Under the pieces are notes generated by a model. It was not told the origin of the DNA. It saw only the letters and a program-made list of their open reading frames with translations, and did no database searches. From Octopus bimaculoides (lineage: Eukaryota), in assembly GCF_001194135.2 (NCBI RefSeq), contig NC_068998.1, positions 13,716,725 to 13,780,724 on the forward strand: a DNA stretch of 64,000 nt. Reading direction: 5' to 3'. Positions 1 to 13,193 of this stretch are shown here, one piece after another. The first letter of the stretch is position 1. Every line of letters starts with the position of its first letter. The position numbers were made by a program, and so were the translations under genes.

Positions 1-229
1 ATATATATATATATATATTAACGGTCATTACATATTATTTTTATTGTAGTAAATTTAACTTATAGCTGTTTCCAGTAGTTATTATAGCTTCGTTATTGAT
101 TGGTTTACTCAATCAGCCTGTTGGTCAGTTGAGAAAATTTGGATGACCTAAAAAATGAACGCTAATTTCGAGCGAGTCATTTCTGGTTATAACCAAAGAG
201 AACGTGTGTGTCTGTATATGTGTTTAATT

Positions 230-434
230 ATTTTTATTTATACAGCCAAAATAATGCAAGTTATAAGAGACAATACAGGTCGATGTCTTGTTTCTACAGC
301 CCACAACATCATTTCTCCTAAAATTTCCTGAAGGGACCCTAACCCCGAAATATTGAAATACAAGGTAAAAGTACAAACCATTGAATTGCACTATTTCAAA
401 TAACTTGCATTGTTTTGGATTTATAAAAAAAAAT
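230..434 (+). mobile_element. Penelope-like pseudo-LTR remnant with inverted tail copy and degenerate hammerhead motif
   Basis: ~35-bp inverted repeats at 230-264 and 400-434 flank ATTTC-CTGAAGG-(12 nt)-GAAAT-ATT-GAAAT (323-359). Helix I is ATTTC/GAAAT and helix III is the palindrome AATATT. The element lies next to (TA)n. Confidence 0.5.
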
Positions 435-493
435 GTTTAATGTTTATATATATATGTGTGTGTGTGTATAACCATATAAACTAGACTACTCTA

Positions 494-538
<45 letters not shown>

Positions 539-705
539 CATACACACACACACATATATATATATGTATGAGAGAGAGAGAGAGAAGAGAGAAAGGTCTA
601 TAAATGCAGTGGTCAGGCAGACACCAATTTCAAGCAGTATTTTATGAGATGACAATTTAATATCATGCTGTCAGGCAGGCGTTATTTCCCTGTGCTTTTC
701 CATTT

Positions 706-754
<49 letters not shown>

Positions 755-1274
755 ACGGAAAGAAGAAGAGAGACAAAGACGGTATCTCTTCATATGTTCA
801 TTCTTCTGTTGGCATAGACCAGGTAGACATACTCCAAACAATATTCTATGGTTAGACGAATGTTTAATATCTTGATGCCTGGCAGACACAATATTCCTGT
901 GTTTCAATTTATATATATTTTATATTGTAAAGTAATATACTTCTGGTTAAGGCATATAACTAGTCAGAATGCTACCGTTGGTTTCATACAGAATATTGCA
1001 CTTACAAAGACATGTTGAGTGGGAAGGAATAAGTTATACAAAGACAAGGGTGGGTAAGGATGAAAGATGTTTTATAACGTATGAATGAATGAATTTGAAT
1101 TATTAAACACAAATGTCTGCTTGGAAACATATAAGAATTACTAGCTAGGTCGTCAGGTTAGCTTCTTCCCCATACCAATTCATCTGCTTTTGCTCATATT
1201 GCAGTCTCAGTGATATTAAACTGGTTAAGAAAAACGATCAGTAACATAATTATTTTATGAATTTAATTAACTGC

Positions 1275-1590
1275 CATGGCTGTGTGATTAAGAAGTTTGC
1301 TTCTTGACCACATGGCACCTTGGGTAAGTGTCTTTGACTATAGGCCCAAGCAGTTCAAAGCTTTGCAAGTGGAATTGATTGACTGAAACTGAGAGAAGCT
1401 CATCATGTATGTGTTTGTGTGCATGCATGTGTGTGTGTGTGTGTGTATGAGTGTGTGTGAATGTGTGAGTGATGTGTGGCGGGGGAGGGGGAGTTTACGT
1501 GTCTTTTTGTTTTAACATCACATGACTGTTGTAAACAAGTGTCACTCTTTTACAAACCATGTCCTTTGCTTCCAGTCTCCAATGAAGTCA
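1275..1590 (+). mobile_element. degenerate tRNA-derived SINE (family A head, family C body)
   Basis: ggctgtgtgattaagaagtttgct...ccttgggtaagtgtctt head, then a (TG) linker and the tgtaaacaagtgtcact body. CpGs are heavily decayed. Confidence 0.7.
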
Positions 1591-2109
1591 TATCTAGTAA
1601 TGACTAAGGTAGGGTAGCTGATTGCTTATTGTGATCATTCGTCTTTTGGTTTCCTGTAGCTTTGCTCTCTTTCACAAACCCAGTGAACATTCATATATTT
1701 CCGATTTCAAAGAAATTTGAACAATAGGTATAAGACACAATTTTAAAAAGATTCCCCACAATTCAACTTCTCTGGTTGAATTTAAGACACCCGCCACCTC
1801 ATAGGGGGTCTTAACTCCCACATTTTAAAGCACCGTGTGCTCCATTTCTCAGGAGCAAAAACCTTTGAATAGGTTTTATAAGATTTGAATTTTGGAATCT
1901 GGGCATAAGGATGAGTAGTATGGGATAAATATATCATGATTAGAATTTTTGTTAGGGTGTGTAAAGAGGGAAAGAACTCATTAAAATTCTTAATCTCCAA
2001 TTTTGATGAAATTCGAATCATAGGTATTCCAGTTCATTAGAGGAAATATAAAAGAAAAGTCTAATCCTCCAATTCCATGTGACACAGGCAACGCCGGGTG
2101 TCTCTGCTA

Positions 2110-2112
<3 letters not shown>

Positions 2113-2190
<78 letters not shown>
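2113..2190. repeat. (TA)n microsatellite, representative of dozens of (TA)n, (CA)n, (GA)n, (AAT)n and (TATC)n tracts in the window
   Basis: Directly visible perfect dinucleotide run. Confidence 0.98.
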
Positions 2191-2196
<6 letters not shown>

Positions 2197-2865
2197 GCCC
2201 AAGAGTTATAATAGGACACAATTTCCCACAGTGCTATACAGTGAGATTGAACCCAAAACCATGTGGTTGACATGCAAACTTCTTAACTATACAGTCATAA
2301 CTGAAAAAGAAATGAACAAGAATGTGAAGGAGGAGTAGTGGAAAGCAAACTGAGAGGCAACTAGATATATCTTGAAAAAATTCCAAGGTGACTATAATTC
2401 GACAAGAGGATCCAATACATAATTATGTATAATGTTTTTTGTTTATATAATAAAGTATTTAAAATTATATTTGCGCTTCAGTAAAGATTCATCAGTATTT
2501 TTTTTTTAATTCTTCTGAAGAAGTACTGCACAATTCTAAGATGCTTAGGTGTATATATAAAATGTTTCAATATAATTATGATATATTTATATATATTTAA
2601 ATTGCAATTGTGCAGGTGTTTAAAAATATCAGTATTTTACCAAATATATACCTTTGTAAAAATACTTAGCAATTCTAAGTTATGCACTTGATTACCTATA
2701 TTTATGGTGTGAGTGTGTGTGTATGAAGGTATGTGGGATCACCAACTAACTTACAAAACAAAGACCCCCTCAACTGAGAGGGGGGTAGTATTGAGGGAGG
2801 TGGCTGTTTGCTAGTTGATGAGAGGTTAAAAAATACAGAAGAGGAATAGATTTCAAATATATATA

Positions 2866-3072
2866 CTCTTTTACTTGTTTCAGTCATTTGACTGTGGCCA
2901 TGCTGGAGCACCGCCTTTAGTCGAGCAAATCAACCCCAGGACTTATTCGTTGGATGCCTAGTACTTATTCTATCGGTCTATTTTGCCGAACCGCTAAGTT
3001 ACGGAGACGTAAACACACCACCATCGGTTGTGAAGCGATGTTGGGGGGACAAACACAGACACACAAACATAT

Positions 3073-3122
<50 letters not shown>

Positions 3123-3435
3123 GCTTCTTTCAGTTTCCGTCTACCAAATCCACTCACAAGGCTTTGGTCGGCCCGAGGCTATAGTAGAAGACNNNNNNNN
3201 NNNNNNNNNNNNNNNNNNNNNNNNNNNNNNNNNNNNNNNNNNNNNNNNNNNNNNNNNNNNNNNNNNNNNNNNNNNNNNNNNNNNNNNNNNNNNNNNNNNN
3301 NNNNNNNNNNNNNNNNNNNNNNNNNNNNNNNNNNNNNNNNNNNNNNNCACTTGCCCAAGGTGCCATGCAGTGGGACTGAACCCAGAACCGTGTGGTTGGT
3401 AAGCAAGCTACTTACCACACAGCCACTCCTGCGCC
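2866..3435 (-). mobile_element. tRNA-derived SINE family A, full length, interrupted by an N-gap
   Basis: On the minus strand: head ggcgcaggagtggctgtgtggtaag...gggttcagtccc (A/B boxes), CORE-like ccttgggcaagtgtctt, internal (TA)/(TG), tail ggcggtgctccagcatggcc...gactgaaacaagtaaaagag. Confidence 0.92.
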
Positions 3436-3452
3436 TATATATATATATATAT

Positions 3453-3605
3453 ATCATCATCATCATCATCATCATCGTTTAACGTCCGCTTTCCATGCTA
3501 GCATGGGTTGGACGATTTGACTGAGGACTGGTGAAACCGGATGGCAACACCAGGCTCCAGTCTGATTTGGCAGAGTTTCTACAGCTGGATGCCCTTCCTA
3601 ATGCC
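3453..3605 (-). mobile_element. SINE family C 3' tail (RTE-like tail ending in (GAT)n)
   Basis: Reverse complement of ggaagggcatccagctgtagaaac...catgctagcatggaaagcggacgttaaacgatgatg; matches 5772-6022. Confidence 0.85.
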
Positions 3606-4282
3606 CTTCCTATACTTAGTATTAATTAATTAATGATTCATTAGTTGGCTGGTTGGTTGGTCAATGAGGTGTACTCAAAATACCCCTGATAATCATTCAC
3701 CTTTATTGCTATCCATCACTCTCATCACTCATCTTTAATACTTTTCTTTCATGAGGTTGTCACTACTCAATCTCTTAGCAACCAACAAGTTGCTAACACT
3801 GTCTCTCTTCCATTACCCTCCCCTTGCCATCGTCTAATAACTATCACTATATCCCCACCACAACACACATGTTTTTCTTTTCTTTCATGATCTTTTAGTC
3901 ACCCTTCACATTTTCTTTGAAAAAGAAGAAACATTTTAGAGTAAAGTGAACTTTTTGGTCATGGAAGGGACAATGCAATATCTCTAATGCTGGTGCCACA
4001 ATACTCTATGGTTGAATGCCAAATACGATGTTGGTATTCAACCACAGAAAATATATGAGAAAACATCCAACTATAAAAAAAATGCATCCTTGCCAAGAGA
4101 TAATCTTTTGGCCTGTCTAAAGAGGCAATAACTTTGAATAAGAACAGACTTTATACATATATAAGTATAAATATATATTTACATTTTTTTACATCCATCT
4201 TCATGTCAGTGTGGTCATCCATTCATCTAACCATCTGTTTATCTACCCATCTATCTGTCAATCTCCCTATTGACTCACCAAT

Positions 4283-4318
<36 letters not shown>

Positions 4319-4874
4319 GTGTCTGTCTATCTATCTTTTATCTATCTATCTATCTATCCATCCATCTATCTATCTATATATCTATCAANNNNNNNNNNNN
4401 NNNNNNNNNNNNNNNNNNNNNNNNNNNNNNNNNNNNNNNNNNNNNNNNNNNNNNNNNNNNNNNNNNNNNNNNNNNNNNNNNNNNNNNNTGAAATTTAGTG
4501 AAAGATTTTAAAAACAAATATAAAAATAAATTAGATATGTAAATAAATAAGTAACATGAAATTTCTACTGAAAGTAGCTAAATAAAGTGATGGCATTTTG
4601 ATAAGTTAATTGAGTCCTCTTTGTAACAGAGCAGTAAAAAGGTGGTGGTGTAGTTAACAAGAGACAAAGTTTTATTGATAGATTTCCGCTAAATTTTATT
4701 TTCATATTTGTTAACATTTGACATAGCTGGAAAAATATTTGGGTAATCTTTTCCGAAATTCTTTGAGGAAGCTGGTGATGATGGTGTTTGTCAGTAACAG
4801 CTAATATAAGAGTTAGATATGATATTTGCTATAAAGTATTTAGAAGCTAACATTTTGTTGTTAATATAAATAAT

Positions 4875-4935
4875 GTAAATAATACGAAATGTAAATAATG
4901 TACATAATTCCTCATCTCTTAAATATAGAACTGTA
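4875..4935 (+). mobile_element. tail fragment of the hammerhead-SINE family seen at 53.5 and 63.7 kb
   Basis: aatgtaaataatgtacataattcctcatctcttaaatatag matches the reverse complement of 63635-63690. Confidence 0.7.
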
Positions 4936-5381
4936 TTGCCAATAAGTTATAATACTGTAATTACTAGACACAGTACATTCTGTGCCAACTTAAAGCATGG
5001 ACACTGGGCAGTTGGCCAGGGGCCCCACAAGTGTAAGGGCCAAGTACATTGAATTGGTTTTTTTTTTGGGGGGGGGGCTATAATGCTGCTATGACAGCTC
5101 TGAATATATTACATTAATTCTGTGAGTACAAGCACAGCTATGTGGGTAAGAAGTTTGCTTCATAATAATAATAATATTAATAATCTTGTTTCAGTTTTGA
5201 TCCCATTGCACAATAATCTGGGTAAGGGCAGGTAACTTCTATCATAATCTCAAGTAGACCAAAGACATGTGAGTAAAATTTGGAAAAACAGGAAACTGTA
5301 CAGAAACCCCTCAGATGGAATGTATCTCCTGAATCTCAGTTGCCCCCTCCCCCCATCTCTCTCTCTCTCTCTTTCTCTTAC

Positions 5382-5516
5382 ATAGGTTTTAGATTTTTCA
5401 TTACAAAGATTATGGTTAATGTTGCTCTTCTTCAATATAAGATGATTGAATGCAACTGATGATATGGCACAGATAATTAGACATTCAACTTGTTTTGGTG
5501 ACAGAACATTTTGGCA
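5382..5516 (-). CDS. candidate internal exon (135 nt, phase 0-0), unassigned
   Basis: Acceptor gtttgtctccag and donor gtaaga on the minus strand. One open frame, CQNVLSPKQVECLIICAISSVAFNHLILKKSNINHNLCNEKSKTY; no homology recognised. Confidence 0.2.
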
Positions 5517-5523
5517 CTGGAGA

Positions 5524-5568
<45 letters not shown>

Positions 5569-5771
5569 CATGCCTGTGCAGAAATTTACATGCAAATAGA
5601 GAAAATGAGAGAGAAGGGTGAGAGAGTGAGACATTACAAGCTATTAACTTAACACAGTTGGCATAAAGACTTCCCCTCTCCTCATATACATAGAAATATG
5701 CATACACACACAAAGAGAGAGAGAGAGTACAATTTTATAATTGAACATGACTGACAAACACTTTCTCTGTC

Positions 5772-6022
5772 CTCCGGGTGGCACATGAAATGCACCATTT
5801 TGAGCGTGGCCATTGCCAGTACCGCCTGACTGGCCTTTGTGCGGGTGACACGTAAAAGCACCCCCTACACTCTCTGAGTGGTTGGCGTTAGGAAGGGCAT
5901 CCAGCTGTAGAAACTCTGCCAAATCAGATTGGAGCCTGGTGCAGCCATCTGGTTTCACCAGTCCTCAGTCAAATCGTCCAACCCATGCTAGCATGGAAAG
6001 CGGACGTTTAACGATGATGATG
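5772..6022 (+). mobile_element. SINE family C body and RTE-like tail
   Basis: cacgtaaaagcacc...gagtggttggcgttaggaagggcatccagctg...gatgatgatg. Confidence 0.85.
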
Positions 6023-7089
6023 CTCACACACTCATAAACAGAGAAAGAGGGAGGAGAGCATTAATGAGACATTAAAGCATCTGATGTCAAATAAGACAGT
6101 ATTGAATCAGTGACACCAAAGAGACAGCACCAAAACAGCAGAACCAAAACATCTTTATCTGCTCTTATTATGACACAACCATGGATTAAAACTAATACCT
6201 TTAATCTATCTTGCTGAAAAATAGTTGTCGTGTACCCTGCACACTTTTTGCTGTTAAACAGAGGAGATGGTGATAGGAACATTATTGAATCTACTCCGAC
6301 TGTTCCTAGACATGTCAGGGTATACAGAAATGAATTATCTGTCTTATGACAGAATGAATGCAGAAGGGAAAGAAAAAGGAAAAAAATAGATGGATGCTTT
6401 TGTTATGCAAAAGATTTGGAGGAAACAAAATGATCATTCAACACTTTTTTTATTTATTTGTGTTATACTTTCAATAAATCTTTTTTTTTTTTTTAGTATT
6501 TTTCATGTGATTGCATTCAATGAATTTCAAGAATAAACTATTGTTCTGTATCCTTTAATAGCAAATAAATGAATAAATAAATAAAAATGTTCATAACATT
6601 GAAAATTGCATTACAAAAATACTACTTGATCACCTCAATTTAAATTGCACAGGACAGCAGATAACATTTTATTTCTATTTGTTTCACTTCGTTGTTATAA
6701 CAAAACACCAGCTGAACTTTGCAATGCATTTGTATTTATTCTTTATAAATCATTACATAACATAGGACACAATGCAAGGGGTTTTTTTTGTTTTTTTTTT
6801 TTTCTCATACAGGTACTAAAAAAAGCTAGTGTTTTGAATCAATATAAAAAAAAACCTGTTCACCTCAGTTCAGCTCCTGTTTCTATATTGTTAAGTGGAG
6901 AAAAGAAAACAAAAATGTTTGCTCTACTTAAAATAATAGTCCAGTAATTATAAGCCAATGAGGGAGTCTGTACATGGTCATTCAGCCTACTAGAAATAGC
7001 AGCAAAATCTCCTTCAAATCACACCTTACTATCCGCTGTGTATGCCACACTTAGCTGGTTGCATTAAAGTAATATAAATTATCCAACCA

Positions 7090-7320
7090 TAAGATGGTGG
7101 GGTGGAAGCATGTGACTTGTGGTTTCGATTTCTGGAACACATGATGTATTGTGTCCTTGAGCAAGACACTTCATTTCATATTGCTCCAGTCCACTCAGCT
7201 GGCAAAAATGAATAACCCAGCAACAGACTCATGTCTCATCCAGGTGGGGAATATATATGCCATGAAACCAAGAAACTAACCCTTATGAATCAGTATGACT
7301 TGAGAAGGCAGCTAAAACAA
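7090..7320 (+). mobile_element. degenerate SINE with CORE-like middle (family D variant)
   Basis: tgtgtccttgagcaagacactt...catccaggtggggaat...gaaacc; tail similar to 63075-63200 (minus). Confidence 0.6.
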
Positions 7321-7338
7321 AAGGTTGTGGGGCTAGGG

Positions 7339-9267
7339 GTATTGCAAAAGCCTGGTTGGAGGCCCAACATTCTGATTTCTTTTACAAGGCTTAGAAAAAC
7401 TGAAGACCTGCTGTGAAAAGTGTGTGAATCTGAGAGGGGAATATGTTGAATGTAATCATAATTAACTGATCCTCCTGTATTTTCTTTTACCCAAAAATAG
7501 GAACTTTTCAGTACATCCTCATATGTATAACAGAGAATGTGGTTTGTTTGTTTTTTAATTCTTTCCTCAAAGACATGAGCAAAACATGTGAAATGAAATA
7601 AAAGTTGTGGAATCAAACGTGAATCTTCACAGATCCAAATCATTTGGAATTTATCCTTACAGCATTTGTCATTTTCAGTTAATTCATGGTAGGATTGTAT
7701 AAAATATATTTTAGATATTTTACCAACGGCATATTTTGAAAATATATTTACATAAATGTAAACCTATAAAAGTGAATATGTGAAAAACAAAATAGGAATT
7801 TTGGAAAGAAGTTTCTATAAAACTAGTTTTTAAACATCGAATGGCTATGGGGGTCCACTAGAATAAAATAGTAATCAAAGGGGTTCATAGATTTTTTTTT
7901 AAATGGTCGAGAACCCCTGATCTAGTAGTTCTGCTAATTTACTACCTTAGATTGATACTTTTTACTGACCCCAAAAAGAAAAAACTGACCATCATAGGAT
8001 TTGAACTCAGAACACAGAGACTCAGAATAAGCACTGTGCTAATTCTCCACTTTATCCAGCCTAGAACACAAATAATCTACAGTAGATTTGAAATCATTAT
8101 TTGTGAGCTGACACATAATCCAGTGTCTTATCTATTCAGCTATTTCACTACTGCCAAGTATTATAAATTACAGACGAAAATTCTCAATGATTTACTAGTA
8201 TATCATATAAAACTTTATATCCTTTTTTAGCATAAAACTTTATATCCTTTTGATTAAATCCTCCAACTTCTCTTTTTTTTAATGAACTACAATCCATATA
8301 ACTTATCAAAATGCTACTCTGTTGTTTCCAGCTAATGTTTTTTCGATTTTTCACTTTAATGAAATTTCATTTTTGTACTACAACATACTTCAATTTATTT
8401 CAAGTTTCATCCTCTTTATTGTATGATATATCTACATATAAACATTCTAATTTTCTTTTTGTTGTTGTTTGTAAATGTTCTTTATGTCGTAGCTGTTACT
8501 TCTATTTAAAACTTTCACTAACGCATGGTTTCCACCATAAGTAATTTTGCAGTTTCATTTTTATCTTACTTAATATAGTTTCTCAAAATGCTACATTTGA
8601 TATTCTATAGCTTTGGTTTTTGAAAATATATAATAATTTATCTTATCATCATCATTATCTTCTTATCATCATGCTGTTACATAGCAAAGTAGCAAAGACT
8701 TTCACTAAGAGATTCACTTAGACTACCTCAGTTTATCTAACAAACTGTCAAGTTAGAACTACTTGCATTCATTTCATGATTGAGTTGTTAGAATTAGAGT
8801 AAGCTTATCCTTTTGTAAAACAACAATTCAAACAATTTGCTATGCCATCAAGCATATAATGGTAAAATATGCCGTTGGTAAAATATCTAAAATACATTTT
8901 ATACAATCCTACCATGAATTAACTGAAAATGACAAATGCTGTAAGGATAAATTCCAAATGATTTGGATCTGTGAAGATTCACGTTTGATTCCACAACTTT
9001 TATTTCATTTCACATGTTTTGCTCATGTCTTTGAGGAAAGAATTTCAAAAAAGCAAACCACGTTCTCTGTTATACATATGAGGATGTACTGTACTGAAAA
9101 GTCCCTGGTTTTGGGTAAAAGAAAATACAGGAGGATCAGTTAATTATGATTACATTCAACATATTCCCCTCTCAGATTCACACACTTTTCACAGCAGTTC
9201 TTCAGTTTTTCTAAGCCCTGTAAAAGAACTCAGAATGTTGGGCCTCCAACCAGACTTTTTGCAATAC
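7339..9267. repeat. ~400-bp inverted duplication (arms 7339-7737 and 8864-9267)
   Basis: The arms are near-identical reverse complements. The same peptide MIWICEDSRLIPQLLFHFTCFAHVFEERI appears on opposite strands in the ORF track. Spacer ~1.1 kb. Confidence 0.95.
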
Positions 9268-9302
9268 GCTTTAAGCCAGGAACTTTTCAGTACCCACTCA
9301 TA
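9077..9302. mobile_element. Tc1/mariner-type MITE
   Basis: TIRs tatgagg..gtactgaaaagtccctgg / ccaggaacttttcagtacccactcata with TA ends. A truncated inverted copy lies at 7339-7523. Confidence 0.8.
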
Positions 9303-9534
9303 TTTCCAATTATCAGACATATTGCTTGACAGTAATTGTTCCCACTATGTTGCACTCTGAGCTCAAATCTCGCTGAGAACAACTCTGCATCCCATTCTTT
9401 TGAGTTTGATGAATTACAAGTTCTCTACTGAGGTGAACTCTTCTCTTTCTGTTCTCACTTATAGAATAAATCAGCTATAGCTAGACCTGAAGGCTGTTGG
9501 TACCCATTAGGTCTAAAAATGCCCCTGTTTGTTT

Positions 9535-10265
9535 TATTTAAGCCTTTCATTCCCTATGGAGCATAGGCCATAGATGACTTTTTTCCACTCTTTACAACTG
9601 TGAGCTGTCTTTTCGACTTTTCTCCAAAAGGATCTCAGCTTTTCCTATTCTACTTCAGTATCACTAGTTAAGGTTATCTCTACAGATTTTCTGAATAATA
9701 GAACACAGTATTGACTGATAAAAGTGTTGTAATAGCATTGCTAACATAATAGAACACAATATTGACAAATAACTGTAGAGATAACCTTAACAAATGATAT
9801 AATAGCACTGCTGACACAATAGAACACAATATTGACTTTAAAAAAAAGTTTAATATACTTTGTAATATATTATGGTTGCATAATGAAATACAGTATCACT
9901 ACACATCATTGATATTTTGGTATCATGCCTCCAGTTATTTCAGAAAGGGAGTCAGTCTTATAGTTTCCCTTCAGATTTTGCTGCACCACCTCATATATTT
10001 CCCTGAGGGAAAGCCTCCCTCTCCCAGGTTTTGTTGGTTTTTGAATTGCCATTGATGCTTCTGCAACTTTGCTGTTGGCCCTACGCAGACTTAATTATAT
10101 TTTTAGGAAGAGGTGATCCATATTAGTTTGCTCTCCGTCTCTTGACTTGTCTGACATGGGAGGCTCTACCAAGAGTTTGCACTACACTGGTGTAGCTCTC
10201 GGGGGTCACTGAAGAACATAAACCAGTACACAACAGCAAGGCTTGGACATTGTGGTGGTAAAAAT
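9535..10265 (-). mobile_element. internally deleted RTE LINE derivative (5'UTR-like part plus 3' end)
   Basis: The 3' end ggcctatgctccatagggaatgaaaggcttaaataa (9535-9660) and the 5'UTR-like cagtgacccccgagagctacacc...ggtagagcctcccatgtcagacaagtc (10125-10260) match the + copy at 52172-52616. A minisatellite sits at 9695-9840. Confidence 0.65.
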
Positions 10266-10789
10266 ACTCGAGATACACTACCACTATAACTCCATTAAGA
10301 AGCTGGGCATCCAAAGCAAGAGCAAATGATAAAAATATATATTTGAGTCAATTGTGATCTTGAATATGATGTAATCCTACCACTTTATGCAGCTAAGAAC
10401 TAGTAACATATATTATTATCTTACATAATATAGCCACCAACTACTACCATAATTATTTATATTCTTTAAAAAAATCAGCATAAAATTCCTGGAAATTTTA
10501 AAACACATAAAACACAAAAAAGATTTTAAATAAATGACAAACAGTAAAACTACTATGGCTGCAGGGCAGAATTTTTTTTTTTTAAGTTATAATCTCTTAA
10601 ATTAAATAATCACTTTTAAACAAACATCACCAGCACGCTAACAGAATTATAAATTGCCATTGGCTGTATTCGCTATGTGTATGGTGTTTCATAGCCAGAA
10701 GCAATGAAGTGTGTACACTAATAGTTAGATGCCTCGGGACTATTGCCTTCAGTATCTTCATTTCCACAAGTTCGTCATAGCATTTATTT

Positions 10790-11210
10790 TTCCCATTATT
10801 ATTACACTCCCTTATTTGGAGTGTAATATTGCTTGAATAGACGGAATTTGTTGAGGTAGATTTTTCTACAGCTGATACCCATCCTATTCCTAACCCTCAT
10901 CTGTTTACAGGCAAGCTTAATATTTCCCCATAGCCAAACATGCTTTCCAACAAAGATGGGAAATTAACAACCTCATTTGCATGATAGTGTCACTCATTTA
11001 CAACTGTCACATGATATCTAGACAAGGGTACACATAAGCATACATACATATACATGTGTGTGTGTGTGTGTGACAGACTTCTTTTTGGTTTCCATATACC
11101 AAATCACAAAGCTTTGATGGGCCTGGGACAATAGTAGAAGACATTTGTTTACGATGAGCAAAGTGGAACTGAATCCAAGACCTCAGTACCACATAGTTGG
11201 GAAGCAAGTG
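10790..11210 (-). mobile_element. degenerate SINE family C (A-type head, C body, RTE-like tail)
   Basis: Head at 11075-11210, body, and tail ggatgggtatcagctgtagaaa. Confidence 0.7.
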
Positions 11211-12255
11211 CTAATCAGATTGGTTATTGTAATTAAACCTATCTGTACATGTCACAACCCCACTCCAGCATATCTGGGCAAAAGTTACCAGCACAACACC
11301 AAGCTCCATTCTTTCTTAATAAGAGGTTATTGACCCCTGACATATAGAAATATAAGGTAAAGTGTAAACCAATGTTCTGCATATCTTACTTTCTTCTGTT
11401 TCAACACCCATATTTCAATTTACATTGTATTAGCTTTTGAACAATTTTAACCTTACAATCATTTCAGTTATGCCTTGAACAGTGAAAATATAACTAAAGA
11501 ATAAAAAGATTTTTGCATTCCTTTGCTTTTCCTTCTCTCTCTCTCTCTCTTTTCTTTTTTTTTCTATGCCACAATATGAATATATTTCATATGAGAAATG
11601 TCAACCTTCTTAGCCAATCAAATTCTTTATACTGATATAAGAAAAGATATCTTGACTAAAACAGGGTATCCTATCTGTACAGCTGCTGCTGTTGCTGTTG
11701 GTTTTGTAGGTTATACACTTTTGTCAATTGTTAAAAGCTAAGAGAGAACGTAGTGTTAACATGACATGTTGGATAGATCATTTAGATAGTTAAAGTTTAC
11801 GGTAGAGACTGTGGTTAGCATGACATGTTTCCACAATAAGAATAGCTTTTTCAAACAACCACTTTCTTGAGTGAAATTGCAGAAAGTATGGCAGCTGATA
11901 TGCATAGAATTAGTGCAAATTCTATTGCATTATGATCAACTAGTGCATCAACTCTTGTGTAAAATGGCTGAGACACATAAATGTAGAAGACCTCCTGTCA
12001 ATAGCATAAATGTAGTCACATGTTATTTCATTTATGTTTATTTTGTTTTCTTTTGTTTTGTTTTTACCTAGTGTTGTTTTTTTTTAAGCAGGCATATATT
12101 AATAGTAAATTAATATTGATTTCTTACATAGTCACAAGACCTCAAATATGGTGGGTGGATATACTCAATTAGACCAACTTCAACAAGATTTCAGTTTCAA
12201 ACATGAAGAATGAAAATAATAGTAATAATAATGAGAAGAAGAAGAAGAAGAAGAA

Positions 12256-12795
12256 AGCAGAAGTTGTGGGGGAGCATCAGCACATTGTTTTGTCTTGGTA
12301 TAAAAGAAGGGCTACAGCAAATATCCTGCTCAATACCACAGATTTGCTTGTCAGTTGTTTGACTATAACCGGTTGAGCATGTTCCTTAATGGTTAACGAT
12401 ATGTGCATCTCTGATCATGAGCAGAAGTAGTGGGGGAGCATCATAACCATGTGTTGAAAGGAATTCTTTAGCGTTTGAATAAATTCACCTTTGGAAACAT
12501 GGGCGTTTCGTTCAATATCCTTAAACAACCCTTATTCAGGGACCTTTTGAACAGGATGGGCTACTCAACCTGAAGAAAATTCTAACTGGGCCCCACCTGG
12601 AAGGTCACACACTGTTTATCTTGATATGAGATCACAATGTCATGCACATATGGTTATGATGCATGTGCCTGGTGTACCCTTATCAGACGGGTAGTCATGG
12701 TGGGTATACTGGGCTTCATATATTTTACCTCATTGTCACTTTGATGGCATGCACTGCTCTCTCACTCAATAATAATAATAATAATAATAATAATA
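12256..12795 (+). mobile_element. retroposon 3' region ending in (AAT)n
   Basis: Non-coding ~520 bp ending gtcactttgatggcatgcactgctctctcactc(aat)n, with an internal 24-bp direct repeat at 12256 and 12420. Confidence 0.6.
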
Positions 12796-12796
12796 T

Positions 12797-13148
12797 TGGT
12801 TTCAAATTTTGGCTCAAGGCCAACAAGTTCAGGGAGGGGTTAAGTCGATTGTATTGATCCCAGTGCTAACCTGGTACTTATTTTATTGACCCTGAAAGAA
12901 TGAAAGGCAATGTTGACCTTGGCAGAATTTTAACATAATAATAATAATAATAATAATATACATGGAACAAATAGGGGTGGCAATAAGGGTGGAGCACTTG
13001 CAGAAAACAGCACTGCTTGGAACCGCTCCGGAAGGTGCTCGAAAAATAAGAGGTGTTACCTTAGTTCACTGGTAGTGAACAGCTGACACCGCAGTACATC
13101 TCCAGCATTAGAAGCTGTGCGAAGGCAATAATAATAATAATGATGATG

Positions 13149-13193
<45 letters not shown>

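Noticed and set aside
9695-9840. Spaced aatagaacacaatattgac repeats, superficially CRISPR-like
   Set aside because: Eukaryotic context, three degenerate units and related spacers indicate a minisatellite.
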